This document shows, piece after piece, positions 1-15,200 of a stretch of 64,000 nucleotides of DNA. The first letter of the stretch is position 1, and every line of letters starts with the position of its first letter. Below the pieces are notes generated by a model. That model was not told where the DNA came from. It ran no database searches and saw nothing but the letters and a program-made list of their open reading frames with translations. The translations under genes and the position numbers were made by a program. Source of the stretch: Takakia lepidozioides (Eukaryota > Plantae > Bryophyta); assembly GCA_030704615.1 (NCBI GenBank), contig CM060734.1, forward strand, positions 4,030,001-4,094,000. Reading direction: 5' to 3'.

Positions 1-235
1 ACCCCTCCATCAGACAAACACCGTCCCTCACCACTGACACATGCCCCACCGTTCTCAGTTGCCAAGTAGTTGGTAGCCAAGCACTTTTATAGCAGGCCCA
101 AGGACTCATTAAAGGCAGTGTACAACAAGCTTTCAAAAATGCCCAAGTTGACCAAAACAGTATTTGTGCTCAACAATGAATAGACCCACATATGTGTAAG
201 GATGCTTAGTGGTTAGGCCTCTCAATAATACAAAC

Positions 236-3200
236 CTTCTTGTAAAGTCGGGCATAAGCCTCCCAGCGTTTTTTCTGATTACCCGATCGACCAGCGGCTA
301 CCGCCTCCCTTGCATGCAGTGCAAAGCTCACAGCCACCAAAAGCTCTCTCCCCTCATCATCCACTCTGTGTTACAGTATACCCTTCCGAAAATTGAACAA
401 AGGCATATCACGAGGATACAGCGCAGGAAACCTTACGTATTCTCACCTAGTAACCTAAAAAATGATTAAGGATACATAACCTGTTCCTGGACTTCTAGAA
501 TCAGAATGGTACTGAGTTCATCCACAATTCAGGCTATCCCTCTCTGAACATGTCAACACCTCCTACTATGCCATGAACTTACTAAAAGATCAATTAAGGA
601 TAAGAAGGATGGTAAACACATTCCTACCTGACAATTACAGCGGCAAGCAGCCGACCTTCTTCAACCCGAAGAGCTGGATCACCCAAGCTGACTGGTCTAT
701 GAAGCTGTTTTGGGTGTCCAGCAGTTTGTAACTCATGAAGATTGCTGGCAAAGCCATCCAACGAGCCTTCCCGAATCTCCTCATCATCACTCCGGGCATT
801 TTCTCCCCGGGGTCGCAAGGACACCTTTGTTGATCCAACTAGGGATACCATCTTGACTGAGCTGTCCCCTTCCTTGTACAGCCAGTGTGCCGCATGACCA
901 CACTCCGCATACTCATGCATGCCCTTCACTCAAGAACTTCATTAGAACTTGCCTAAGAAACTCAAAGTGCTCTCTCCACCCTCCTTATGTTTGGGGAGCG
1001 GGTTACTAACCATCCAGTTCCATCCTGGAACAGAGTGAACAACTTCAGAAGGGGTAAAAATGAAATGTTAACGACAAAAAAAACTCTCGAGTCTTTCATC
1101 ATGTACAACAACAAGGTTTCATACCTGTGTTCGAATTTGTACTTCCAGGGATGCTCCATCAGGACCTCTCACTGCAGTATGAAGAGACTGCCACAAGAAA
1201 TTAAGTGACAAATACTCAGAACAAAGAGCACATTTAAACATCTAATCCATTATGCAATAGGACAGACAGTGCAAGAATATTCCAGAGCCATGAATGGTCA
1301 AAAAGTTTCTTCACCATAGTAAGATAAACACCCCTGTAGAACTTGTGAAATATTACGTAGGCTGCAAGGACGGGAGAGTGGCTGAGACCTGATAACCACT
1401 TTGCTTGGGGTTGACAATGTAGTCATCAAACTCCCCACCAACAGGCATCCAAAGGCTGCATTCTCAACCAGAGTGGTTAATTCTTGCTGTCGGGCCAGAC
1501 CAGGCGTTTTAACCGTTGCTACTCCCACATGGCTAAGTGTCCGGCATGCAAACAACATGTAGGGAAGCACAGATTTCTCAGTTGCAAGATCCACCTACGG
1601 AAGACTTACATTGCATTTTGCAGTCAATCATCAGAAATAGACCAGCCAAGGGTTGCAAATAAGTGGGTCCTCTCAGTTGCTCCAAACTTGTACTCTTTTA
1701 CCACCTTGCCAAATACTGAATGAGTACAACATTGACAAGGGTGCTAGCAATAAACAATACCTATGTACAACACTCAGCAGATTATAGCAACCCTCAACAG
1801 CAGCCACATGTAGTTTGCCGCCACCATCTCCCACAACCACTCGCAACGCCCGTGCATCATACACATGACCTACCGACACCCCTTTCCTTCGCATCTGCAC
1901 ACTCAAACTCACGTGTCCATGAGAGAGAGATGTACCTATACATACATGCGCCTTGTGGCAATAGACGCCCACACTTGGTCAGCAGAAAGAGAAGGAGAAG
2001 ACAGCAGAGAAGGAGAGGTTGACGAGAGAAGAACTTGATTGACTAACCCCTGCCATGTTGGTATTGAGGTACCTTTGAAGGCTCTGTCCTTGTAGAATTT
2101 TACTGGTCCATTTGTGGGGTTTCATCCCACCAGTTTACAGGGAGAAATTTTGGAATGTCAGTCATGTGCGAAGCCAATTTGATGAGTTTCTAGAAAATAT
2201 CAAATGCTGAATGCCCCTTCAACATTATCTACTACTGCAGGGCACTTCAGCCAAAATTTGAGCAATAACCGCTCCAACTTAATGCCCATCAAGACTGGCA
2301 TCAGGACCCCTCTACCTTGAGGATGGTTGAAATTTCACCTTACAATGTGTACTGTATAAGCTTTTCAAGCGCCCAGAGAGAGTAACCTCCATCCCTGGGA
2401 TATACCTGCAGCCAACCCAATTTACCTGTAAGCATGAGGATATAGAGATCTTTAATTTCAACATCCAAAAATGAATTTGTCGAGCCTGCAGTAACAAAAT
2501 AAGGAGAGAGCAAATCACGTACTGTAATAACCATTGGCGATCTCATGAAGCTGCGGTTGCTCCTTCATCTACTCTGGGAATAACATTACAACCTAAAAAT
2601 GCAGGGTACAATTAGGAAGTCGGCTCTTCACATACTGCCAGGAATGGGCTCAGGGCTGAGATATGACAACATCTTCCACAATGCAGTGCTCATTGTTCTT
2701 GTCACTGAAAGTATTCTCATATTCCATATTGATAATCTGATGTCCCCAACAGGATGCCACATTAAATCACAAAATGTGGCTGCACAATGATATCCCATCA
2801 TCCAGTACTAGACAGCAGAAATCGGCTATTAGGAATCGGAAACTTAACGAGGTTGTGATCAAAAGCTCTCGGTCAAGAGCCTCCTCACATGCCCCCAGTG
2901 CTGCAAGAGCAACTTCAGCATCACGAACCACCTTGCTCTTCTTTTTTACCACCCCCTCACCTTGCCTTACAGGAGCACCAAGCCCACAACTGCGCCTTTT
3001 GCGGTCCAATAACACATCAAACGGCAGCACTGCTTCCAAAAGTTCCTGCCAGGCATCCAAATCAACATTCAATGGAAACGTGAAAGGACAAAGGAGTAGT
3101 TTGTGTATGTTAAACTAACAAGCAAAGCTCAGAGAGAGCAAGAGAAAGAACACAGGCTCTTTTCTCATCTAGAATGGACCAACCTAAAACAGTCCCAGGA

Positions 3201-6200
3201 TTGACAATAGTTTGAGCTCAGCCCCTCAGCAGCCACTTGACTGATATAAAGTGATTTCAGCCTGGAGAGCTCCCTGAATTTACTGCACTATCAAGCATGT
3301 CTAACCAGATCACTGATGAGGAAGCTCCAGAATAGATGTCAACTTCGAGAACAGAGTCAATCTCTGGTACATCTGGGCCAGACACAGCCTTTGAGCACCA
3401 ATATAACTGCTTGAGATCCCCCACATCAAGGTTGGGCATAATGCTTGAAATTTATTATTCATTCAAGATGCTTGCCTGCATGGTCAGTTCCTCATTATCC
3501 TCAGGGTCGTGCTTGTGCTCTAGCTCTTGCTCAAAAGGTTCACCATACAATAGAGCCCGTCGCTTGGCACGCTTAGTGATTCGCTGCAAATACCTCCACT
3601 CTTTGTGTGGACTCCACATGGCTGCCAGCTCAGCCCTTAGCTGACGGAAGGTTTGAGGCTACAATAACAAAAACCAGCCCTTTTAAAGTAGCAGCCAGAA
3701 ATTGCTATATTTTAATTATGATTTTGTTTATCAAACTGACGTGATTTGCTACAAATCAAGAGAGAGGAAAAAGCTGTTCTGGACAAATTCTCAACAGAAT
3801 AACGAGCTGAGGCAATCCTAGAGTGGTATTACTAGGAACTCAGCCAAATTCAAGGAAAAAGAGAAGTAGAAAGTTATTTATGGCTGAGAGTAAGCCTGGG
3901 AAAACTGAACTGTCACCGACATTCCTTAAATGACTATTTCAAGTATCCATGGACTCTTAAAGAGCCATGTGATTGGATTTAGAAGGCTACATTTGTAGCA
4001 AGACAGACTCTATTTTAAGAGGCAGGTGGCTAGTTTTTAGGAATGTCTACCTGCTACTCAGATTTCTTTAGAGTCAAGTGGCTGGAATTTAGAAATACGA
4101 CAGGCAATTCAGAGGCAAGTGGCTGGAAGTTAGGAGTGCCACTGACTCATCTTTATCAAGAGTCATGTGGTTGTCACTAACTTTACTCCACAAATTGTGA
4201 AGGTTATCGGTGACTAGGTCAAGACAAAAAGGAATGAATGCCGCTATGACAGAAAGATTAGTCATAGGTCCATCCAATAAGCCCTGCAATTTTCAGCACC
4301 AGATTAAAAGAGAGCGAGTTTGTAACCCCGTGCCCAGTTTGGGCAGAACAAAAGGGAACAGCCACTACCTTTGTGAGGGGCTCACTCCAGTAGTGGGAGA
4401 GGTCACTGCTGTCATGTCAAGACAGGATATAGCTGAATCAGTCAAGAAACATAATGATATTGTCTGCCTGAAACAGGCCCCCTCATACTTTACAGCATCT
4501 TTTTTATTTTCACCTTACCTCCAGTCCGGGTGGGTGGGTGGGAAGTAGTCCCTTGTGGTTGCCGCAACCAGAGAAGTTTACACCCGTCCAGCATTTCATA
4601 AACAAGACTAACACATCAGATACTATCCAAGCCAAAGCCAGAGCTGCTGCATATACGTCTTTCAGAGCTATGATAGATATCAACACCATAGCTTAGAAGA
4701 CTCAGCCAGCATATTGAAAGAATCCGCTTCATGCGGTTTCCAAACTCTATATTAAGCAACCAAACCTCATCTACAAGGTTGGGAAAAGAAAGTCATTAGA
4801 CAGCAGCCACTCCTACCTATCAAGGCAAAGGTGAAGCCTCACCTGCTGCCATCCCATCCACAGCCAGAAACAACAGTTGGTGGTTAGTGAGGAATAGCAG
4901 GCTTCGTAGACCTCACCTAGTTGTTATCCATGTACACCAGGAAAGATAGGCAATGGAGCAAAGTCTAAATGAAAATCAAACATAAGAGCCTTGCAAAGTT
5001 TTAAGATGTATTTCGTTGCATGAGGAAGTAGTAAGGAAAACCTGTTAGCTCATGCCTACCCGAGTGTTTGCTTGAGGAAGAGGCCATGGCAGTCAGTCTC
5101 TAGTTTCACCCTTCCATCAGCCTTTCCTTCCTTGAGATATGCAGACTAAACTGCTTCCCACGCCTTTGAGGCATGGAAAGGAACAAGAGAATCATGCGCA
5201 TAAAAGAGCCACCAACTCGAGCCTTTTAATGAAATCAAGTTGGCATGTGGCAGCATCTTCTAGAAACCCTCAGAATTGAGAGAGGTCTCAGGTTGGCATG
5301 AGGAAGGTCTTATAAACACTGAAGCTTTAAAGGCCAGATCCCTAATCTCCAGGGATCTGTGTCCTTCGATCAAAGCATTCTATCTAATGCCATCTGTTCT
5401 TCCGATGAATGGAAAAAGCATGAGGATGGAAAAGAGGATAAAGGCAAAACTATACTTAAGAGAGAGAATGTTCGACAAGGAAAAGAGACGTGCTTGGAAG
5501 GCTGTGAAGGCTTATTTCCTCCCCAGACACTGTTGGGACGGAGAAAGCTGACATGGGTTGTTAAAAATCAGCTTCCAACTTCCACGTAAAAGGCAGGAAC
5601 AGACAGGCTGCTCTCAACCATTCAACCTGAATGAAAAGTGCAGGGATCCTTGGAAGGATTCATTAATCTTCAATAATCCAGTATTGCATGTGGTTGAAGC
5701 TGACACAAATAATGGCTGAGGATGGCAACTTGAGATCTCTTCCAACAAACTAGTGAGCTGCACTTGTCCTTTCCAGTTGCAGAGCTCGAAGAGGTGAGAA
5801 GCTTGGAGTGGAAACTGCACAAGTGCCTCATCAGTTGCATCCTACCTACCTCAACAAGTGTCAGAAAATTTCACAAGTCCTCACTTCTGTCTGTTCTCCC
5901 CTTATGTTAGGGGAGCTTTTCTAGGAAGACGGTCGGCTTGAACTCTCCCCCTGGTCTGTCTGGGCCTGCTGGCCCTGCAACGTCAGCATTTCAAGGTTGT
6001 CATCAAAGCTTCTGTATTCTAAAGTTTCACCTGAGGTGTTTTCCCCTTTCCACTGAGAGAGGGAAAGGGAGGCCCTTTGCAGGCACAGATGCTACCAAGG
6101 TCTCCAGAATTACTTCAGTCTTAAGGGATCCTAAACCCCCAAAGGAAGCTTAAACCTGGAGGGTCCTGACCCAAAACGAATATTAATGGCCAGGCTGATC

Positions 6201-9200
6201 GTAGATTCATCTTCAACCAGCAGGAAATTGAGATTGTGAAATCATACCGGTACCTAGGTCTGGTTATCCACTCCCCCAAGTTTCACTTTGCAGCCACTGC
6301 CTTGGACAGGTTGACTAAAGGTAAGGCGGCCTCCGTCCGCCTTCAGGCCAAATGCAAGCAAATACATCTGCGGCATCCCCCGACCAAAAAGTGGCTGTTT
6401 GACACCGTCGTCAGCCCTGCTACCATCTATGGTTGTGAGTTCTGGGCACCTGGTGTCCCTGTCTCCTGGTGGGAAAAGAATTTGGAACCATTACAGTCAT
6501 CTTTTCTCCAAGCAATGCTTGGCGCCAGGAGCACAACTCCATCTCAGATCCTAGGTGCAGAGTTCGCATGTGTACCATTGCAATCCGAGGCCCTCTTCAG
6601 GCTTACAATCTTTCTCCATAGATTGCAGGCCCTTCCACCCAAAGGGCTAGTGGCAAGGGCCCTCACAACATCTATGAGGCTCAAAGCTGCAGGTTTCAGG
6701 AACTCCTGGTATGCTCGAGTGGACAGTTTATTTCAACGTAACGGACTTTCTACTGTTTTCCTATTACCAATGAACCCAGATGAGGTGGACATCACATCCA
6801 GACATGACCACAACAGACTCATTCGGAGAGAGCTTATGGAATTACATGTCAAGAGAACTTGGATGCTACCCAATCTCACGACAAAGCTCCACTCCTATCG
6901 AGAGACATTCTTGGTGCTCCGCGATGATAGAATCTTGAGACCAAATTACCTTTCAGCACCCTTATCTCCTTCCCTCTTGAGGGCATTGGGGCGGTTCAGG
7001 GTGGGTTCCCACAACCTACGGATAGAGACTGGCAGATGGGAAAACCTGCAACGGGAGGACCGCCTATGTCCAGCTTGCATAGGGCGCAGCAAGGAAATTG
7101 AAACTGAAGAACACTTCTTCTTCTACTGCCCTCTATACTACGAGATCCGTGGGAGATTTCACTGTTTATTCAGTGGAACCCAAACTCTCACTGATGTCTT
7201 TCACTATGAGGATCAAAAATGCGTGGCAGCCTACCTACACGAGGCCTTCACCCTTAGACAATCGCTAGAACATTAATTGTGGTTTCTGGATTTGTTCCTC
7301 TCTCATGTTTTCTTCCATTTTGTCCCATAAGCTCTACGAGCTTTCCGCGGACGTTATAAAGCACCATTTCATTTCATTTCATTTCATTTGTTCTGTTCTT
7401 CAGATGACGATCTTATGCCCATCCAATCCAAGCTACAACCTCCAGGTCAGCTTCATCTAGCAAGGTCAATTTTCTGGCCTAATATTCGGATACTTGAAAA
7501 CTCTTCTACCCTTTTCCGCCAGGACTTAGCCTGCATAACACCAAGAAATAGAGACGATTATCTTAGGGTATCTGGTATTAGACATGTCATTCCACTGACC
7601 CCACCATCTGACCTTGAACTCATCGCATCAAGAGCTTAAGGGAGATATGCCAAACTCGCCCCGACAGCCACGTTAGCAGTTCGAGAGCATGCTGACATGC
7701 TCTCTTTGAGCACCGCAACCTGAATGGATCCTAGAGATTTAGCATGTTGGAGTTATTGATCCACAGGGAGAAAATGTACTCATAAGAGTTTGTTTGCTAT
7801 AGCCTTGTGGCGATAGACCCCGCGCCCAGTTTGGACGGAAACATAGCACTACCTCTATGAGGGGCTCACTCCAGTAGGGTGACTTACCTTGATATATAAA
7901 ATTACTTCAGGCTTTCCAGATATCCTCTAGAAAGCCCGTCAGACAAGCATCAATCTGCTGTGTGTGAGCAGTCCAAAAGTTAGACCCCAACAGGGCCAGG
8001 GCTTTAGGCTCACCCTCAAGTCGGTGAACAGAGGTGCAGGAACCAGAGAGAGACAGGGCTTGTCTTGTCATGACAAGAAAGGATCTGTCTTTGCTAGACC
8101 AGACCATTTTGTTTTTTTCCAACAACAAAGACAAAATACAGCCTTGTTACCAAGGCACCCTCACCTTTGTCCTAAACCAGTCTTGTTCCTGATTTGTTTC
8201 ACACTTCTGGGTGATTGCAGTGAGTGGTGGGGTTTGTTAGAAACCCTTCCAAAAACCACCTTTCTTCATATTGACAGACTGAACAATATTCATATTCACT
8301 GTGCTGTCAGACTGGGATTTCCAGAAAACCGAAATCATGCTTTTTAGCATGTGGACTGTAAGTCAGTGACTTCCAAGTCGGCCTTAGCCTTTACTTAAGC
8401 AAACCAGTGCTTGCTTAAAACCATGGAGATCTCTGCCCACAGTAAATGTCTGAGCATAGTACTGCTCTATAATTCGGTTTCATCAAAGTAGTGTCAACAC
8501 ATACTTCCCTGAAAATCACATGTCAAAACTGAGACAAATCCAAGTCTTCCACCATAGCCCGAATGGGGTGTACTGCCATGTCTTAAAACAAAACAAACAC
8601 AGTATTCAACATGAAAGCACTCAGCTGGGCTGTAAACTGAGATTGATGAAGTCAAGACAGGTCTTCAGAACCCTCTGGTATCAAATCCAAAGGGTAGATT
8701 ACTTCCATAAAATACTTCCCTCACAGGAACATGAGGCTGTCGTCAAGTGTTATGCCATTCGTCCTAGGCAGTGGCTGCCTCGTGCGATAGGTGATTTCCA
8801 TCATCTATCCAATGTACTCTGTAGCAAAACTTACACATATACCTTAGAGACCCATGAAAGGTGAAGGACCCTCACCTGCGCCCATCCCAAAAACCACCAC
8901 ATCCAACAGAATGCGTGAGGATGTGCGAGGTGAGACGCTTGCTATCGCTGTCCAACATGCAGAGCTAAGCATTGCAAGAGTAATAGGAAAGGTGTGACAT
9001 GGCACAGAACCTTGAAAGTTTGAGGCAGACCAGTCTACGACGTTGCGCATGTCCGTTCATGCAACAACAAGTGATTGCAAAGCATATGCAGGGACTGAGT
9101 GTAACTTCCTGTTCGTGTCCACAGATGAGCCATGGCTTCCCTATAACTGCATAGGTAGCTCGACCAACACAATGACGGCAAGGTTGCGCTTAAACCTTGC

Positions 9201-12200
9201 TGGCCGCAGCCCTATTGAAAATCTTTTGAAGGCAAAGCTCAGTGAGCGGTGCGCCCAACACTTTGCCTGTAGTTTCAGGTAGCCGCCATTCATACTCAAA
9301 CAACTTTTGCAAATGAGTCCTAAATTGTAGGGTAAGGGTTCTGAAACCAAACCAGCACATGGGCATTCAATAAATCCCAAAAGGCCCTGGCAAGGGAATG
9401 GGTTTTGCAGCAAGTGTCTACTTGTCATTTTCAGGACATCCATAGGAAAAAATCACTTTATTCCACCTGAAATATTCTACCCAAGATTAGAGAATGTACT
9501 CATAAGACGACGTTTGCCGTAGCCTTGTGGCCATGACCCCGCGCCCAGTTTGAGCGGAACACAAAGGGACAGAACCTACCTCTGTCAGGGGCTGACGTCG
9601 GTAGTAAGACTTACCTTGAAATAAAACATTGATCCGGGTTTTCCAGATATCCTCTAGAAATCCCTTCACACAAGCATCAATCTGCTGTGTGTGGTTTGCC
9701 CAATAACTAGGCCCCAGAAGGGCCTGGGCTTTTGGCTCAGCCTCGAGACTTTCAAAGTTGGTAAACAGAGGTACAGGCACAACTCCACTGATAGATTTGA
9801 GGAGAGCGTCTCTCTGGTGAGAGAACCCCGGACAGTGTATCAGAAAATGAATATTGTCTTCAGATTGCCCACACAATGGGCAATTGCACTCTCCCTTTCC
9901 TCTCTGCTTCTGTTTGCTGTTCAAAGGTAGGCTTCCTGCCCTGAGTTTAAATTTCAGTCTAGTGCCGAGAGTGGGTAGACCCTTGAGGTCATCCAAGATG
10001 TCCTCCCCCATGTCACAGACTGGAAACAAGTTCAGGGAAGTTTTCTGCCTAACTTCATTTTCCTGGCAACAGACATGGCTTTGGACACTACAGCCTCTAA
10101 GTCAGATGTATCCAGCAGGGTCAAGACTTCCGGGTTAAGATTCTGATCCTTGAGAATCTCTTCTACTCTCTTCTGCCAGGACTTAGCCTGTTTGACAGGG
10201 CAGTCCTGTTTCCAAGATATCGAGTCGATTAACTTAGGATATCTGGTGTTGGACATATGTTGCAGCTGACCCCACCATCTGACATTGAATTCATCTCGTC
10301 GGGAGCTTAAGGAAGGGATGCCAAACTCACCCCGAACAGCCACATTGGCTGTTTTGGAGCATGCTGACATGCACTCCTTAAGCGCCCCCACTTGAATGGA
10401 TTCTAGAGACTTAGCCTGGTTGGAGTTATCAACCCATATTGCAGATGCGTACTCCAAGGCGGGTCTAATAACGCGACAAAGCATGGTTTTCTTGACCTCA
10501 GAGTTGATCCGTCTGCAGTGGAAAAATTTAGTGAGACCCAGTTTGAACAACTTTCTGAATATGTGCATCCCAGTTACAGTTGGAGGAAAACTCAACGCCC
10601 AGGTATGTGTAGGAAGGGAGGACCGGAATCTCTTGGCTACCCCACTGCCACTTGAGATCACTTCCTCCCTCTCCTCTGTCATTGAATGCCACCACTGCAC
10701 ATTTACTGACGTTAGCCTTTAGCCCCCAAAGGTCAAAGTATCTCTTCGCGCAATCAATCAACTCCTGGAGGTTGGAAGGAGTCTCCCCTATGCCTGCGAA
10801 GTCATCCGCAAACATAAGGGCTGGTATGGTGGCATCACCCACCCTTAACCCAAATCCCTCACTTTCCACATCCTCGAGGAGTTGATTGATGAAAACATTG
10901 AAGAGCAGAGGGGAGAGGGTACATCCTTGAGCTACACCTTGGTCTATGTCAAAGAAGTTAGACTTCTGTCCATTAACAGTGACACAACTTTTGGTGTGAG
11001 CATACAAGTTATGGACAACTCTCCACATCTTTCCCTTGATCCCACATGACCAGAGGCGGAGCCATAGACCATCTCTCCACACTGTGTCATAATGACATCC
11101 AAGAAAAAAACCTAAGTGGGTTTCCCTTCTTTTTCCCTTCCCTGGATAATCTGGCTTAGAGTGAAGATATGGTCCACACAGCCCCTGTTTCATCGAAAGC
11201 CAGGTTGGCCTTCGTGGAAACAACCTCTAGACTCCAGATCAACCTCGAGACGAGTACTTATAACTCTGCAAAATATCTTGCCAACAGCATTGAGGAGCGT
11301 GATGCCACGGTAGTTCCCGGGGTCTTCTCTGTCACCCTTCTTGTATAGATTGACAATAACCCCCTATCGCCAGCGAAAGGGGATCATTTCAGTCTTCCAG
11401 ATAAGGTTAAAGAGAAGAACTAGGGCCTCTATCATGGGATCGCCACCGTGCTTGATAAGCTCGTTGACTATGCCATCAGGTCCACCAGCTTTATATCCAT
11501 TTAAATGCTCAATTGCTTCCACAATCTCGGAAGAACTAATGGGAGCGTTGTAAGCCTTTGAAAATGTTGAATAGAGTAATTCAGCTCAGAAGTGGTTAGT
11601 TGCTCTAGTTAGCAATTAACAAGGCTGGTTAGGAGTTTTGTTAGCAGTAAAACAAGGAAGGTTTTTTACTGAGTCCTTAGACTATTTGATAGGGTAACAA
11701 TACATCATTGAACCAAGAGTTCAGTGACAGATCACCCAGTCAAGTGGACAGATCACTGAGTTAAGTGAAGTCCACTGACAGATCACTGAAGTTCAGCCGG
11801 CTGAACCGACATACCAACATACCACCGAGAGATGCCTTCTCGGTGACATATTTGTTTGTGTGACAATTTAGAAACGTAATGAAGTGTTCACTTGTCTTCA
11901 TTCTATGTTCCTATGTCCTGGTTTGAGAGAGGTATTAGCAAAGAGAGACTGAGCTCAGAGAGGAGAGGACCTTGAAGGTTCAGCTTCATACTAAAGGGTC
12001 CATTAAGTGTTGCTGCTTACTATTGCAGTCCATAATAATGTTTGCCGTAGCCTTGTGGCCATTGACCCCGCGCCCAGTTTGAGTGGGAACAAAAGGAACA
12101 GAACCTACCTCTGTAGACGTTGGTAGTAAGACTTACCTTCATATAAAGAATTAATCCGGGTTTTCCAGATATCCTCTAGAAATCCCTTCACACAAGCATC

Positions 12201-15200
12201 AATCTGCTGTGTGTGATTTGCCCAAAAACTAGGCCTCAGGAGGGCCTGGGCTTTTGGCTCAGCCTCGAGACTTTCAAAGTTGGTAAACAGGGGTACAGGC
12301 ACAATTCCCTTGATAGAGTTGAAGAGAGCGTCTCTTTGGTGAGAGAACCCCGGACAGTGTATCAGAAAATGAATACTGTCTTCAGATTGCCCACACAACG
12401 GGCAATTGCACTCTCCCTTTCCTCTCTGCTTCTGTTTGTTGTTCAAAGGTAGGCTTCCTGCCCTGAGTTTAAATTTCAGTCTAGTGCCGAGAGTGGGTAG
12501 ACCCTTGAGGTCATCCAAGATGTCCTCCCCCATGTCACTGACTGGAAACAAGTTCAGGGAAGTTTTCTGCCTAACTTCATTTTCATCAGACAATCTCATG
12601 GCAACAGACATGGCTTTGGACACTACAGCCTCTAAGTCAGATTTATCCAGCAGGGTCAAGACTTGCGGATCCAGGTCCAGGTCCTTGAGAATCTCTTCTA
12701 CTCTCTTCTGCCAGGACTTAGCCTGTTTGACAGGGCCGTCCTGTTTCCAAGATATAGAGTCGATTAACTTAGGATATCTGGTGTTGGGCATATGTTGCAG
12801 CTGACCCGACCATCTGACCTTGAATTCATCTCGTCGGGAGCTTAAGGATGGAATGCCAAACTCACCCCGAACAGCCACATTGGCTGTTTTGGAGCATGCT
12901 GACATGCACTCCTTAAGCACCCCCACTTGAATGGATTCTAGAGACTTAGCCTGGTTGGAGTTATCAACCCATATAGCAGATCCGTACTCCAAGGCAGGTC
13001 TAATAACGCGACAAAGCATGGTTTTCTTAACCTCAGAGTTGACCCCTCTGCAGTGGAAAAATTTAGTGAGCCCCAGAGCTTTGCCCTTGCCAGTTTGAAC
13101 AACTTTCCGGATATGTGCATCCCAATTACAATTGGAGGAGAACTCAACGCCCAGGTAAGTGTAGGAAGGGAGGACCGGGATCTCTTGGCTACCCCACTGC
13201 CACTTAAGATCACTTCCTCCCTCTCCTCTGTCGTTGAATGCTACCACTGCACATTTGCTGACATTAGCCTCTAGCCCCCAAAGATCAAAGTATCTCTTCG
13301 CGCAATCAATCAACTCCTGGAGATTGGTTGGAGTCTCCCCTATGCCTGCGAAGTCATCCGCAAACATAAGGGCTGGTATGGTGGTATCACCCACCCTTAA
13401 CCCAAATCCCTCACTTTCCACATCCTCGAGGAGTTGATTGATGAAAACATTGAAGAGCAGAGGGGAGAGAGTACATCCTTGAGCTACACCTTGGTCTATG
13501 TCAAAGAAGTTGGACTTCTGTCCGTTAACAGTGACACAGCTTTTGGTGTGAGCATACAAGTTGTGGACAACTCTCCACATCTTTCCCTTGATCCCACAAG
13601 ACCAGAGGCGGAACCATAGGCCATCTCTCCACACTGTGTCATAAGCCTTTTTGACATCCAGGAAAAAGACATAAGTGGGTTTCCCTTCTTTTTTCCTTCC
13701 CTGGATAATCTGGCTTAGAGTGAAGATATGATCCACACAGCCCCTGTTTCGCCGAAAGCCAGCTTGGCCTTCGTGGAAACAACCTCTAGACTCCAGATCA
13801 ACCTCGAGACGAGTACTTATAACTCTGCAGAATGTCTTGCCAACAGCATTGAGGAGGGTGATGCCACGGTAGTTCCCCGGTTCTTCTCTGTCACCCTTCT
13901 TGTATAGATTGACAATGACCCCCTGTTGCCAGCGAAAGGGGATGAGAGTGAGAGAGAGAGAGAGAGGCCCATGGATCCACTAACTTGTAGCACAGCAAAA
14001 CAGAGGTCCTCCAGTTCAGCTTTCACAGCCCAAACTCCCAGCCGTGATGCCAGCGAACACCACACTGCTAATGTCTCTTGTGCCACAGCACAAGCCTTGG
14101 ATGATGGCAATGCATAACTGCATAGTATGGCAATGAACCAAATAAGTGAGAAATAAGTGACCACTTACCTTACAAGACACCACAGAAATTGCAATAACTA
14201 GTGACAGCATGTTAAGTGACATACCTGCATAGAAGAGAACATCCACAAGAAGCTAGCAACATTGAGCTACATAAATCAAATAAGAAAACTGCAGTATCAA
14301 GACATCAATCAAAGATATCAGGATGGACACAACATCAGGCAGCATTAGGATGAAAGCAAGGGCATTAGAATGGTACATCATCTGAACATCGACATTCTAG
14401 TTTGACTTCTTTATTTTCAATCACAAACGAATTAGCTACAGGACTTGAGGGTCTTTTGAGAGCCATGGAAAAGAGTGGACCAGTACCAACATGACCAAGG
14501 GAAGACATACATTTTACTCTTAAGACTCCCATAGAAGACTGGCTGGTGGGGATACTGTAGATTAATGGTGAGAAATAAACATGACAGGAGAGCTGTAACT
14601 TACATTTTAACTTCTCAGTCAATAGACACCTTACTGAAGTAGTATAGCAGAACCCATCCCCTGACTCCAACGCAACAAAGAACTAGAGCAGTAAGAGGTG
14701 CATTTTGACAGGAGCCCGGACACAGGCTACATGTCTGGCAATTTGATATGTATATCCACACATATGTGTATATATGTCTTTGTCTAAGTCTATCACTATG
14801 TCTCTATCTGGCTGTCTTTCACACCCTTCGGCTCATTGGAAGGATTTTATTTCTCAGACTTCTCACAAGCTTCAATGCAGAGGAGAGTACATGGTCCGCA
14901 TATTGTGCAGGCGATCAGCGAGCTTGATAAGCACCACGCGAGGGTCATTCACCATGCCCAGCAACATCATCCGCAAGCTGTCCACCTGCCAACCCCATTC
15001 AGCCGATCAACTACGGATGCTGTTCACCCTCATTTTTCCTTCGCTGTCATCAACCGAGATAAGCATGCTGGAGGAGGGAGGGTTCTGTCTTGCACGGTCC
15101 CAGGTGGTGCCCTCATGCACTTACTTCAAAAGTCTTTGCGTGAGAAAACATGTCCTAGTCTGACAAAAGCCATAAAGACAAGATGCCACAAAGGCAATAG

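Noticed and set aside
4560-5900. Degenerate retroelement-like sequence in RSH introns (also 8400-9450, 15150-15560, 20560-20930)
   Set aside because: Too decayed to assign a family or boundaries by eye.
13817-14164. Single 115-aa ORF
   Set aside because: It is a chimera of intron sequence, RSH exon 14117-13985, a CT microsatellite and LINE sequence.
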